DNA of 64,000 bases from Candidatus Latescibacterota bacterium (GTDB taxonomy: Bacteria > Latescibacterota > UBA2968 > UBA8231): positions 832,001 to 896,000 of the forward strand of contig OZ242214.1 in NCBI GenBank assembly GCA_965206595.1. The letters are read 5' to 3'. This document shows positions 37,581 to 46,815 of the stretch, one piece after another (the first letter of the stretch is position 1; every line of letters begins with the position of its first letter). The position numbers were made by a program, and so were the translations under genes. The notes under the pieces were generated by a model, which searched no databases, was not told the DNA's origin, and saw nothing but the letters and a program-made list of their open reading frames with translations.

Positions 37581-39305
37581 ATGGACGACGTCACCCTCGA
37601 AGTACTCTGGAGCCGCCTGATCTCGATCACCAACGAGCAGGCCGCGGCCCTCATGCACTCCTCGTTCACCACGGTCGTGCGCGAGGCCGGCGATCTCTCG
37701 GCCGGGGTTTTCGACCGCGGCGGCAACATGCTCGCCCAGGCGGTGACAGGAACCCCCGGGCACATCAACACCATGGCGACCGGGGTCCGGCACTTCGCGC
37801 GCAAGCACCCGATCGACAGCCTGAGGCCGGGGGACAGCCTGGTGACCAACGACCCGTGGATCGTCTCCGGACACCTTCACGACATCACCGTCGTTACCCC
37901 GGTGTTCCACCGCGGCAGGGGAGTCGGCTGGTTCGCCAACACCTGTCACGCCATGGACATCGGCGGCCGCACCCTCGGAGCCGACGCCCGCGAGGTGTTC
38001 GAGGAGGGGCTCAACATCCCGATCATGAAGCTGTTCCGCGAGGGGGAGCTCAACCGCGAGCTGATCGACATCGTGCGCGCCAACGTGCGCGTCCCCGACG
38101 AGGTGGAGGGGGATCTCTACGCCCAGCAGGCCGGCAACGACGCCGGCGCCAGCAAGCTGATCCGGATGATGGAAGAGGAGGGCCTGGAGGACATCGAGGA
38201 TCTGTCGGGGGCGATCCTCGGCCGCTCCGAGAAGGCGACGGGGGACGCGATCGCCGCCATCGCCGACGGCACCTATGAGGACGAGGTCGAGATCGACGGT
38301 TTCGACGAGTCCCTGAAGATACGCGCCGCCATTACCGTGGCGGGACGGCGCATCACCGTCGACTACGCCGGCAGCTCCCCCCAGGTCGACCGCGGCATCA
38401 ACGTCGTCTACAACTACACCCACGCCTACACCACCTACCCCATCAAGTGCGCCGTCAGCCCCGAGGTTCCCAACAACGAGGGCAGCTTCCGGCCGGTAAC
38501 GGTGCGCGCTCCCGAAGGCACGATCCTCAACGCGCGCTTTCCGTGCGCGGTCGGGGCGCGCCACCTGATCGGCCACTTCCTGTCGCAGGCGGTGTTCGGG
38601 GCACTGTCGCAGGTGATTCCCGGGCGCGTCCTCGCCGACGGCTCGGCCGGGCTCTGGAACACGCAGCTCGAAGGGCGCGACCGCGACGGCCGGCTGTTCG
38701 CCTACATCTTCTTCTCCGCCGGCGGCATGGGCGCACGCCCGGACAGCGACGGGCTGTCGGCGACCGCCTTTCCCAGCGGCATCCGCGGCGTCCCGGCCGA
38801 GGCGATAGAGTCGGTGTCTCCGGTGCTGATGCTGCGGCGGGCCCTGCGTCCGGACTCGGGCGGGGCGGGGAAGTTCCGGGGCGGCCTCGGCCAGGAGATG
38901 GTGCTCAAGATCGACAGCGAGGAGGAGACCCTGCACTCGCCGATGTACGACCGCACCCGGTCCGCGGCCAGGGGGTTCGACGGCGGCGGGGACGGCGCCC
39001 CGGGGGAGTTCTTTCGCGGGAACGGAACCCCGCTGCACCCGAAGAAAAAGTACCTGCTGCAGCCGGACGAGACGGTGACCCTGCGGCTACCCGGCGGCGG
39101 CGGCTTCGGCTCGCCCCTCGAGCGCGACCCGGGCAAGGTGCTCGAGGACGTACGCCAGGGCCGGGTCACCCCGGAGGCGGCCCTGAGGGAGTACGGCGTG
39201 GTCGTCGACACGGAGCGCTGGGCCGTCAACACCGAGGCGACCGCGGCGGCGCGCCAGGCCCTGCGCAGGCGGGCGGAACCCGAACCGGAAGGAGGAGGTC
39301 AATGA
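37581..39305 (+). CDS. hydantoinase B/oxoprolinase family subunit
   Basis: REAGDLS, NDPW...HLHD, EEGL.IP, DSGGAGKFRGGLG, PGGGGFG.PLERD. Confidence 0.95.
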   Translation: MDDVTLEVLWSRLISITNEQAAALMHSSFTTVVREAGDLSAGVFDRGGNMLAQAVTGTPGHINTMATGVRHFARKHPIDSLRPGDSLVTNDPWIVSGHLHDITVVTPVFHRGRGVGWFANTCHAMDIGGRTLGADAREVFEEGLNIPIMKLFREGELNRELIDIVRANVRVPDEVEGDLYAQQAGNDAGASKLIRMMEEEGLEDIEDLSGAILGRSEKATGDAIAAIADGTYEDEVEIDGFDESLKIRAAITVAGRRITVDYAGSSPQVDRGINVVYNYTHAYTTYPIKCAVSPEVPNNEGSFRPVTVRAPEGTILNARFPCAVGARHLIGHFLSQAVFGALSQVIPGRVLADGSAGLWNTQLEGRDRDGRLFAYIFFSAGGMGARPDSDGLSATAFPSGIRGVPAEAIESVSPVLMLRRALRPDSGGAGKFRGGLGQEMVLKIDSEEETLHSPMYDRTRSAARGFDGGGDGAPGEFFRGNGTPLHPKKKYLLQPDETVTLRLPGGGGFGSPLERDPGKVLEDVRQGRVTPEAALREYGVVVDTERWAVNTEATAAARQALRRRAEPEPEGGGQ

Positions 39306-40501
39306 CCCTGACAGAACAGCTCGTCGACCTCAGGCCGGACCCCGGCGGCGGGGACCGCATCGCTGTCGTGCGGGACGGAGAGGTCTCGTACCTGCCGGCG
39401 CAGCGCGTCGATCTCGGCATCGACCACCAGGGCGCCTCGGGAAGCTGCCGCTACATCCGCCGGGCAGGGGACGGCGACCTGTTCGTCACCGGACCCACCT
39501 TCGAGCGCCGCATGTTCCGTTCCGCGGACGGGGGCCGGTCCTGGTCCGGGCACCAGTACGACCTCGGCATGGAGCGCTTCGACCTCGAGCAGATGCCGAG
39601 GGACAGCGAGGCCGGCTGGGTCGGGGCCTTCGAGATCCTCGAAGACGGCACCTTCCTGCTCAACGTCATGCCCTCGAACCACCGCCGCAACAGCGAGTCG
39701 TACATCGCCCGCTCCGGCGACCGCGGCGCCACCTGGTCGGTCGAGCGCATGGAGCTGCCGCTCGGAAATCACCGCTCCGTGGCCGCGGGCAACTCCGACA
39801 TGATCCAGCTCTCCGACGGCACCCTGCTGCTGACCATGGACCTCTTCTTCTACCTCGAGATGGCGGAGGAGAAGGAGGTGCCGGTCGAGCAGCGGGGGGT
39901 GTTCGCCCATCTCCTGCGCTCCGGCGACGGCGGCGTCACCTGGCCGGAGAAGAGCCCCCTGGTGATGCACGGCGCCGAGGTCCACCTGCTCGAGCTGCCG
40001 TCGGGGAAGCTGCTGTCCGCCATCCGCAAGCAGCGCAACATCCGCCTCCCCGGCGACCCGGAGGATATCGAGGCGGAGATGCGCGCCAACGGCTACGACC
40101 CGGAGTACACCGGGTTCGAGGAGCCGATCGACGACGAGGCCGCCCGCGTCAAGTCGGTGTTCGTGTCGGAGTCGGGGGACGCCGGCCGCACCTGGGTGAA
40201 CGAACGGCGGGTCACCGGGTACGAGCAGTGCTCCGGCGAGCTCACCCTGCTCGCCGACGGCACCACCCTCGTGCTCGCCTACGACAGCCGCTACCACGAC
40301 CGCTTCGCCCGCGCCGGGGTGCGCGCCCGGGTCAGCTACGACGCTGGCGGCACCTGGGAGCCGGAGGAGTACATCCTCGGAGAGGGGGAGAACTACGCCG
40401 GCTGCATCGCCATGCCGGACGGCACCCTGATCACGGCATGCCCCTACCGGCACTGCGGTCCGATCCAGGCCGTGCACTGGAAGCCGCCGCCGAAGGGGTG
40501 A
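39302..40501 (+). CDS. sialidase-like BNR/Asp-box beta-propeller protein
   Basis: Five Asp-boxes: SADGGRSW, SGDRGATW, SGDGGVTW, SGDAGRTW, SYDAGGTW. ATGA overlap with the hydantoinase B gene. Confidence 0.85.
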   Translation: MTLTEQLVDLRPDPGGGDRIAVVRDGEVSYLPAQRVDLGIDHQGASGSCRYIRRAGDGDLFVTGPTFERRMFRSADGGRSWSGHQYDLGMERFDLEQMPRDSEAGWVGAFEILEDGTFLLNVMPSNHRRNSESYIARSGDRGATWSVERMELPLGNHRSVAAGNSDMIQLSDGTLLLTMDLFFYLEMAEEKEVPVEQRGVFAHLLRSGDGGVTWPEKSPLVMHGAEVHLLELPSGKLLSAIRKQRNIRLPGDPEDIEAEMRANGYDPEYTGFEEPIDDEAARVKSVFVSESGDAGRTWVNERRVTGYEQCSGELTLLADGTTLVLAYDSRYHDRFARAGVRARVSYDAGGTWEPEEYILGEGENYAGCIAMPDGTLITACPYRHCGPIQAVHWKPPPKG

Positions 40502-40772
40502 TCCGGCTGCGGAATTCAGCCGGGCGGCGGCAAAGGGAGGTCCCGCTGCGGGGTTCCCGGCCCCGAAGAGGCGAGGGGCTGGCCTGGGGTATCCACCGCG
40601 ACCCCTGGCGCCGGGGTGAACCGGCGAGGGGGCAGTACCTCATCGCCATCCATGCGATGACTGGTGCCTTTGGCGAACAAGCGTATGAACGAGGGCGCCG
40701 CAGCAAGCCGGGATGCCGTGGCCGAATTCACGCGGAACTCGGCGCTCAGGCACCTGACCAAAGAGGGCGGAG

Positions 40773-41500
40773 ATGACCATAGCCAATGATCGGCGGCAAC
40801 AGTTCGAAACGGAGGGATACCTCGTACTCGAGGAGGCGATCGCGGGGAGCGAGCTGACCCGCCTGCAGGAGGCCTTCGACTCGGCCGCCCGGGCCGGCAA
40901 GGCGAACTGGCTCGCCGGAATAGCCGCGGGCAGGACGCCTCCCGGGTTCTACGACCTGCCGGACCCGTTGTCGAGGGACGGCGTCTTCCTCGATCTCGCC
41001 GACCACCCGAGCTACTACGAGACCCTGATGGAGCTCACCGGCGGGGAGCTGATCTTCCTGGGGATCGCCGCCCGGCTCCTGCCGCCGAGCCCGGTCAGCT
41101 ACACCGGGTGGCATCCCGACGACCTGCACAGCGGCCCGCCGATGCTGCTGAAGGTCCAGAGATCTACGTCGACGACGTCGACTCCCGCGAAGGGGCGTTC
41201 GCCTTCGTGCCGGGAAGCCACAGGCCCGGTTCCGGCCCCTATCCGTACGTCGCCCGCCTCGACAGCATGCCCGGGCACAAGGTCATCCTCGGCAAGGCGG
41301 GCACCGCGGTCATCTTCGACGCCTTCGGCTGGCATACCGCCTGGAGCAACCGCGGCACCCGGCCGCGCAAGTCGGTGATCCTCACCTACGAAAAGCCGGA
41401 CGAACCGAAGCAGAGCCCCTTCTCCGGGCTCGCGGACAGGCTCGCTACGCCGGAGCGCCGCCGGTTGTTTCTGTGGGAAACCCGAGCAGGCAAGCCATGA
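40773..41500 (+). pseudogene. phytanoyl-CoA dioxygenase (PhyH) family gene with a frameshift
   Basis: QFETEGYLVL and WHPD in one frame; IYVDDV...GAFAFVPGSH..., AGTAVIFD..GWH..N..R in another. An extra AG at about 41160 (CAG-AG-ATC) breaks KVQ-IY. Confidence 0.8.
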
Positions 41501-42417
41501 TCGTAGACTCGCACGTTCACGTGTTCGCCCGCGCCTCCGCCGAGTTTCCGCGCGAGGTCGGGAAGGGGCGTCCAGCCAAGCGCGAGGAGCCGGCCGAAAA
41601 GCTGCTCGGCCTGATGGATGGGCACGGGGTCGACCGCGCCGTGCTGGTGCAGACCGGGGGCTCCGAGCTCGAGCACCACCGCTACCTGCGGCACTGCCTG
41701 CGCTCCTGGCCCGGCCGCTTTTCCGGGATCGGGCTCATCCCGGAGCGGACCGCCTCCCCGGAAGACCACATGGACCGGCTCGCCGGGGACGGGGGAGTCA
41801 TCGGCTTCCGGATGCGCCACGTCGGCGGCCCGGCCGATCCGTTCGCCCCGGTCGACGTCAGGCAGCTGGAGACCTATCCGATCTGGCGTCGCGCCGCGGA
41901 GAAGAATTTCGTCCTCTGGCTCTACATAAGGGCCGAGGACACCCACCTCGTCCCCTACCTCGTCGAAGCCTTCCCGCAGGTCCGCGTCGTCTTCAACCAC
42001 CTGATGGTCTGCCCCGGCACCGGGACCTTCACCTGGGACGGCGAGGGACGCCCCCGGATCGAAACTTCAACCGGCTTTCCCGCCAGCCACTACTCGCTGC
42101 TCTGCCTGCGCGAGTACGACAACGTCTGCGTCCACCTCTCCGGGCAGTACGCCGTCAGCGGGGAGGAGTGGCCCTACCGCGACCTCACCGGCGTTCACGA
42201 GCGCCTGCTGACCAAGACCTTCGGGGCGGACCGCCTGATGTGGGCTTCCGATTTTCCCTGGATCGCGGAGAACCCGGGCTACGGCAGGATGATGAAGGTG
42301 ATCGACGAGCTGCTGCCCCGGTTGAGCGCCGCAGAGCGCGCCGCCATCATGGGGGGGGACTGCGGAACGCTTCCTGCGGCTTCAGTAGTGTCCCGGGTTC
42401 CACTCAACCTGACTTGA
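41497..42417 (+). CDS. amidohydrolase family protein (Amidohydro_2)
   Basis: IVDSHVHV, GVDRAVLVQ, VVFNHL, FGADRLMWASDFPW. The C-terminus is probably frameshifted in the G8 run at 42351-42358; G7 would give MGGTAERFLRLQ* ending near 42388. Confidence 0.9.
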   Translation: MIVDSHVHVFARASAEFPREVGKGRPAKREEPAEKLLGLMDGHGVDRAVLVQTGGSELEHHRYLRHCLRSWPGRFSGIGLIPERTASPEDHMDRLAGDGGVIGFRMRHVGGPADPFAPVDVRQLETYPIWRRAAEKNFVLWLYIRAEDTHLVPYLVEAFPQVRVVFNHLMVCPGTGTFTWDGEGRPRIETSTGFPASHYSLLCLREYDNVCVHLSGQYAVSGEEWPYRDLTGVHERLLTKTFGADRLMWASDFPWIAENPGYGRMMKVIDELLPRLSAAERAAIMGGDCGTLPAASVVSRVPLNLT

Positions 42418-42760
42418 GCTTTGCCCGGAGGGCCTTGGGAAGCGACTTCCTCAGTGGATCGTCGAGGCGGTAGAATACTTCCTCGTCGGGCCCGGTATAT
42501 CCGGGGAACACGTAGTCCATCCGCAGCTTGGCCAGTTTGTCGATCTTGGGGCCCCACTGCTTCGCCCGGTGGGGATTGAATCCGAAATCCCACTTGTGGT
42601 CCCGCACGAACAGGGCGTGGCTCGTGAACAGGAAGAACCTGCCCCGGTTTCCGGCGATCAACAGTATCCGGGGCAATCCCTGAAGGGGGGCGTATTCCCA
42701 CTCCTCGGCCTTGTACTCATTCGGATCATTTTGAAGTAGCTGTACTGACTTCCAGCGAGG
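42404..42760 (-). pseudogene. 3' remnant of an unidentified gene
   Basis: Protein-like frame (...GRFFLFTSHALF...LAKLRMDYVFPGY...) without a credible start; locally less GC-rich. Confidence 0.35.
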
Positions 42761-42810
42761 TGCCCGAATCCGTGGTCGCAACGCCTTGGCCTTGGCCCAC
42801 CTCGGCCCCC

Positions 42811-43299
42811 TCAATACTGAAGGGAAGCCTTGATCCGAACCCAAGAGACCTCATGCACAGCCGTTCCGTCCACCTCGACCCCATCGGGTCCCAGCAGCAA
42901 TCCGTCAGCAAACAGGTCCGCGTTCCCAAACACAGCGCCCTCATCGCTAAGCGCAATCGGAAAAGCGAAGTATCCGCCCAAGCCAGGATGCCACCCGGTG
43001 TCGCCGACGTAGAGGTTGCCGTCGTTGTTGTCCTTCAAGGAGTTCTCCGGCCCCAGCAGCTCGTCGACCTTGCCGCTGATCCGGGAGTCGGTTTCCAGGT
43101 AAGCGGTTTCCGGGCGGCCCCTGACCCAGTCGTGAATGGTCTGCCGTTCCGCCAGCGCCGGCCCCTGCCGCTCGCGTTCCTCCCGCATCGCCGCGTCGAA
43201 CTCGCGGCTGATAAGGTCGATCTCGGGTGCGGGGAACAGCTGCCGCTTGACGACGAAGCCGAAGGTGTGGAACTGCTGCTGGTCTTCCGTTCTGCTCAC
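42811..43299 (-). pseudogene. chimeric ORF: N-half of a PhyH dioxygenase fused to the C-terminus of a secreted SWxxIK-motif protein
   Basis: GTG start overlapping the sulfatase stop. QQFHTFGFVV...VGDTGWHP switches abruptly at about 42985 to GLGGYFAF...GTAVHEVSWVRIKASLQY*. Confidence 0.7.
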
Positions 43300-44813
43300 G
43301 GGGACTCCCTCCCGAGGTACTGGTCCATCGCTCCCTGGCGGTAGTCGTAGCGGGGGAAGTGCCACCAGGTCTGGCCACGCTCCCGCATGACGTCGCGGAT
43401 CAGGCGGCGGCGGTACAGACTCTCGAGGTTCTCCTGCTCCATCGCCGCCGGATCGAAGCGCCCGAGGATGGCCCCCTCCATGCGCCGGGCGACGCCGGCG
43501 TGCCCCGGGTCCGCGGCGAGGTTGTTCCACTCTCCCGGGTCGGCCTGCAGGTCGAACAGCTGCGGCTCGTACCCGTGGATGTAGTTGTACTTGTAACGCC
43601 CCTCGCGCATCATGATGCAGGGCATGCCGACCGCTTCGTGCGCCTGGGCGAAGACGCAGCGGTCGCCGCCGCCCCCCTCGATGACCGGCAGCAGGCTGCC
43701 GCCGTCGTGGGGCAGCAGGTCCCGGATGCCGGCGATCTCCGCGAACGTCGGCAACAGGTCGAGCAGGGACACGGGGGTCTGCACCGCGCTGCCTGCCCGC
43801 CAGCCATCGGGGAAGCGGACGATCAGCGGCACTCTGCAGGACCACTCGTAGAAGCAGCGCTTCTGCACCATCTCCCGCTCGCACAGCATGTCGCCGTGAT
43901 CGCTGGTGAAGAGGACGACGGTGTCGTCGGCGAGCCCGGTTTCGTCGAGGGTGTCGAGGAGGCCGCCGAGCTTGTCGTCCATGTAGGTGGTGACGCCGTA
44001 GTAGGCGCGCCGCACCCGCTCCATGCTCTCGCGGCGGCGCAGGTCGAAGCGGCCGACGCCGTGGTAGGCGTTGAGGCAGCGGTCCATCTGCGAGCGGCCT
44101 TCCTCGAATCCATCGGGGAATTCGGCGATGTCGATCTCCGCTCCTTCGTAGAGGTCCCAGTAGCGCGGCGGCGGCCAGAACGGCTCGTGCGGGTGGTGGT
44201 AGGAGGCGACCAGCAGGAACGGTTCCTCCCTCCGGCTCTGCCCCCGGGCCCGCAGGTACTCGAGCGCCCGGAAGTGGGTCTCCTCGTCGTAGCTGAGGGC
44301 GTTGTGCCAGCGGCCGACCTCGATGCCCCCGCCGACGTAGTTGCCGGCGTTGTAGGTCTGGCGCTGCGCCATCACCTCCTCCGGGTCGGCGCCGCGGTTC
44401 TCCTTGATGCGGATCCACTCCTCGCGCACCCAGGTGAAGTCGGAGGAGTAGATGTCCGTGGTCAGCCGCCGCCGAAAGCCGTGGCGCTGCTCGGCGCCGA
44501 TGAAGTGCATCTTGCCGGACAGCACCGTGTCGTACCCGGCCGCGGCGCACCAGGTGGCGAAGGTCGGATGGTCGCAGCCGAGCGGGGAGCCGTTGTCCCA
44601 GGCGCCGATCTCCGAGGCGTGGCGCCCGGACATGAAGCAGGCGCGCCCAGGTGCGCAGAGGGGAAAGGGGGTGTAGGCCGAGTCGAAGCGCACCCCCTCT
44701 TCGGCGAGCCGGTTCAGGTGGGGGGTGCGCACGACCGGATGGCCGTACGCCCCGGTGAGGGCGGCGACCATCTGGTCGGAAACCACGAGCAGGATGTTCG
44801 GTCGTTCAGCCAT
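43296..44813 (-). CDS. betC: choline-sulfatase-like sulfatase
   Basis: RPNILLVVSDQ, PLCAPGRA (CxPxR formylglycine motif), IGAWDN, LSGKMHFIGAEQRHGF..RLTTDIY, HPHEP, SDHGDML.ER..QK..FYEWS.RVP. Substrate is inferred from similarity only. Confidence 0.8.
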   Translation of the reverse strand: MAERPNILLVVSDQMVAALTGAYGHPVVRTPHLNRLAEEGVRFDSAYTPFPLCAPGRACFMSGRHASEIGAWDNGSPLGCDHPTFATWCAAAGYDTVLSGKMHFIGAEQRHGFRRRLTTDIYSSDFTWVREEWIRIKENRGADPEEVMAQRQTYNAGNYVGGGIEVGRWHNALSYDEETHFRALEYLRARGQSRREEPFLLVASYHHPHEPFWPPPRYWDLYEGAEIDIAEFPDGFEEGRSQMDRCLNAYHGVGRFDLRRRESMERVRRAYYGVTTYMDDKLGGLLDTLDETGLADDTVVLFTSDHGDMLCEREMVQKRCFYEWSCRVPLIVRFPDGWRAGSAVQTPVSLLDLLPTFAEIAGIRDLLPHDGGSLLPVIEGGGGDRCVFAQAHEAVGMPCIMMREGRYKYNYIHGYEPQLFDLQADPGEWNNLAADPGHAGVARRMEGAILGRFDPAAMEQENLESLYRRRLIRDVMRERGQTWWHFPRYDYRQGAMDQYLGRESP

Positions 44814-44861
44814 GTCGCTCCTGTCGTCCCGGGGCAGCGAGCCGTCCGGCGCCGAACCGCA

Positions 44862-46786
44862 CTAGCCCTCGAACAGATCGCGGGCGACCGCTCCCTGACA
44901 GTGGGCCGGAGGCTCGACCCCGAAGAGGTGGCAGTAGGTCGCCACCACGTCGACGGCGTGGATGTACCCGAGCTCTTCAACGGGGCGTTCGTACCCCTGC
45001 TTCACGCCGGGGCCGGCGATCATCATCGTTCCGAAGCTCGAGGAGAGGTCGTTGCGGGTCGGCAGGAAGCCGCCGTGATGGGCGCCGTACACCTCCGGGG
45101 CGCCGGCGGCGCCCCCTCCGACGATGCCGCGCCACTGGCCGAAATAGCCGCTGACGTATCCGTGGTCCCAGGCGAAGACCACGTCCCCGCACTGCGGTCC
45201 CCACTGTCCGAGCAGGTAGGCGTCCCGCTTCGGCAGGGCGATGGCGACCGGGGTTCCGCCGACCTCCTCGTCGACCCAGGTGCGCAGCGCCAGCAGCAGC
45301 TCCCGCTCGATGCGGTCGAACTTCTCCCCCGGCCCGGCGTTGATGTAGATGTCGAACCCCTTGTCGTCCTTCAGGTAGGCCCGCGTCCTCTCCCAGTCGA
45401 TGTCCTCCTCGAGCACCAGGTCCTCCTCGACGCGGCTGCCCCCTCCCGGCTTCAGCACGGTGAATCCCCGGTCGTGGAGGTACTTGCGGATGTTGGCGAC
45501 GCGGACGTCGGGGTAAGCGCCGTGGTCGGCGAGGACGCTGACGTAGGTGCCGGGGCCGGCCGCCTCGCGGATGCGCCCGAGGACGCGGTCCCCGACCTGG
45601 TAGGCCTTGCGGAACATCTGCATCGCCTCCTCCGCCTTCCCCGGATCGTACCCGGGACAGGCGGGGTCGACGTCGTTCAGGTGGATGTGATTGAGGTAGT
45701 CGAACAGGTGCCAGTGGCAGATGAAGAAGGAGCAGTCCTTCTCCTGCAGCATGTAGTTGGCGACGTCGGCGAACCAGAGCCCCTGGTACTCGCACTCCTC
45801 CATGGCGGTGTCGAAGTCCGCCATGCCGTGGGTGTAGGGCAGGGTCGAGGCGTGCTCCTGGTACGGTCCGAAGCGGTCGACCAGCTCGGCGGCGAGATCG
45901 CCTGGGTAGGTAAGCCGTCGGCGAAGGTCACCTGCGAGCGGTAGAGCTGGAGGTGGGTACCGCCGGCGCTGAGGGCGACCGGCTTGAAGCGCACGGAGGC
46001 CCGCTGCCGGTGCCCGGCAATGGCGAAGTCCCCGATCGCCCACTCGCTCCAGCAGCCTGCCGCGGCGGAGGCGAGAGGGGCGCTGCCGTCGCGGTCCCGG
46101 CAGACGGCGACGCGGTCGTACCCCTTCCCTTCGGAGTCGGTGACCAGCACCTGAAGGAGGGTGACGTCCCCGCCCTGTGCCGCCTCGATTTCTATGGAGG
46201 TCGCCAGCGGCGGCGACTTGCCGGGCGGCAGGTTGGTCCAGCCCTCTGCGGGCCGCAGCGGCGCAACCTGCTGCACGCTCCGCTGCGCGCGCCGCACCGC
46301 GGTGCCGTCGTGGTCCATCTCGATGCCGCTCTCTGCGACAGCGGAGGTGGTGTACGCCTGGGCAGCGGCGATTTCGTAGTCGGTGCTGGCGTGTCCGGGG
46401 TGGCCGTACCCGTCGACGACGTAACCGGTCTTCACGCCGGATGGATCCGCGGCCGGATAGTGCACGGCAACGGATTTGAGGCCGGCCCGTTCCAGGGCGT
46501 TCCAGATGCGCTCGGCGCTCAGGGCGCGGCCGTGGAAGCTGCTGACCCGTTCCCCCGAGGGCAGCTGCACGCGCCAGCGCGTGGCCCCGTGGGTGCCGGT
46601 GTGCGCTCCCGTCGACAGGGTCGCCCAGTTGGTCGGCGTCCAGACCGGGAAGGAGGGGGCGGTCTGGTTTACCGCCCCTTCGGCGAGCATGCGGGAGAAG
46701 TTCGGCAGGATCCCCTCGGCGGCGAACTTCTTCACCATCGGGGTTATGAGGCCGTCCATGCCGTACGCGCAGATCCTGGTGTCCAT
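44862..46786 (-). pseudogene. alkaline phosphatase superfamily (type I phosphodiesterase/nucleotide pyrophosphatase) gene split by a 1-bp frameshift
   Basis: YGMDG and PVWTPTNWATLSTGA in the 5' frame; DYLNH, ADHG and GAHHG in the 3' frame. Junction GGC-TT-ACC-TAC near 45913. Confidence 0.8.
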
Positions 46787-46815
46787 TCCTGTCTCCGGTT
46801 GGGGCAGCCCGGGGG

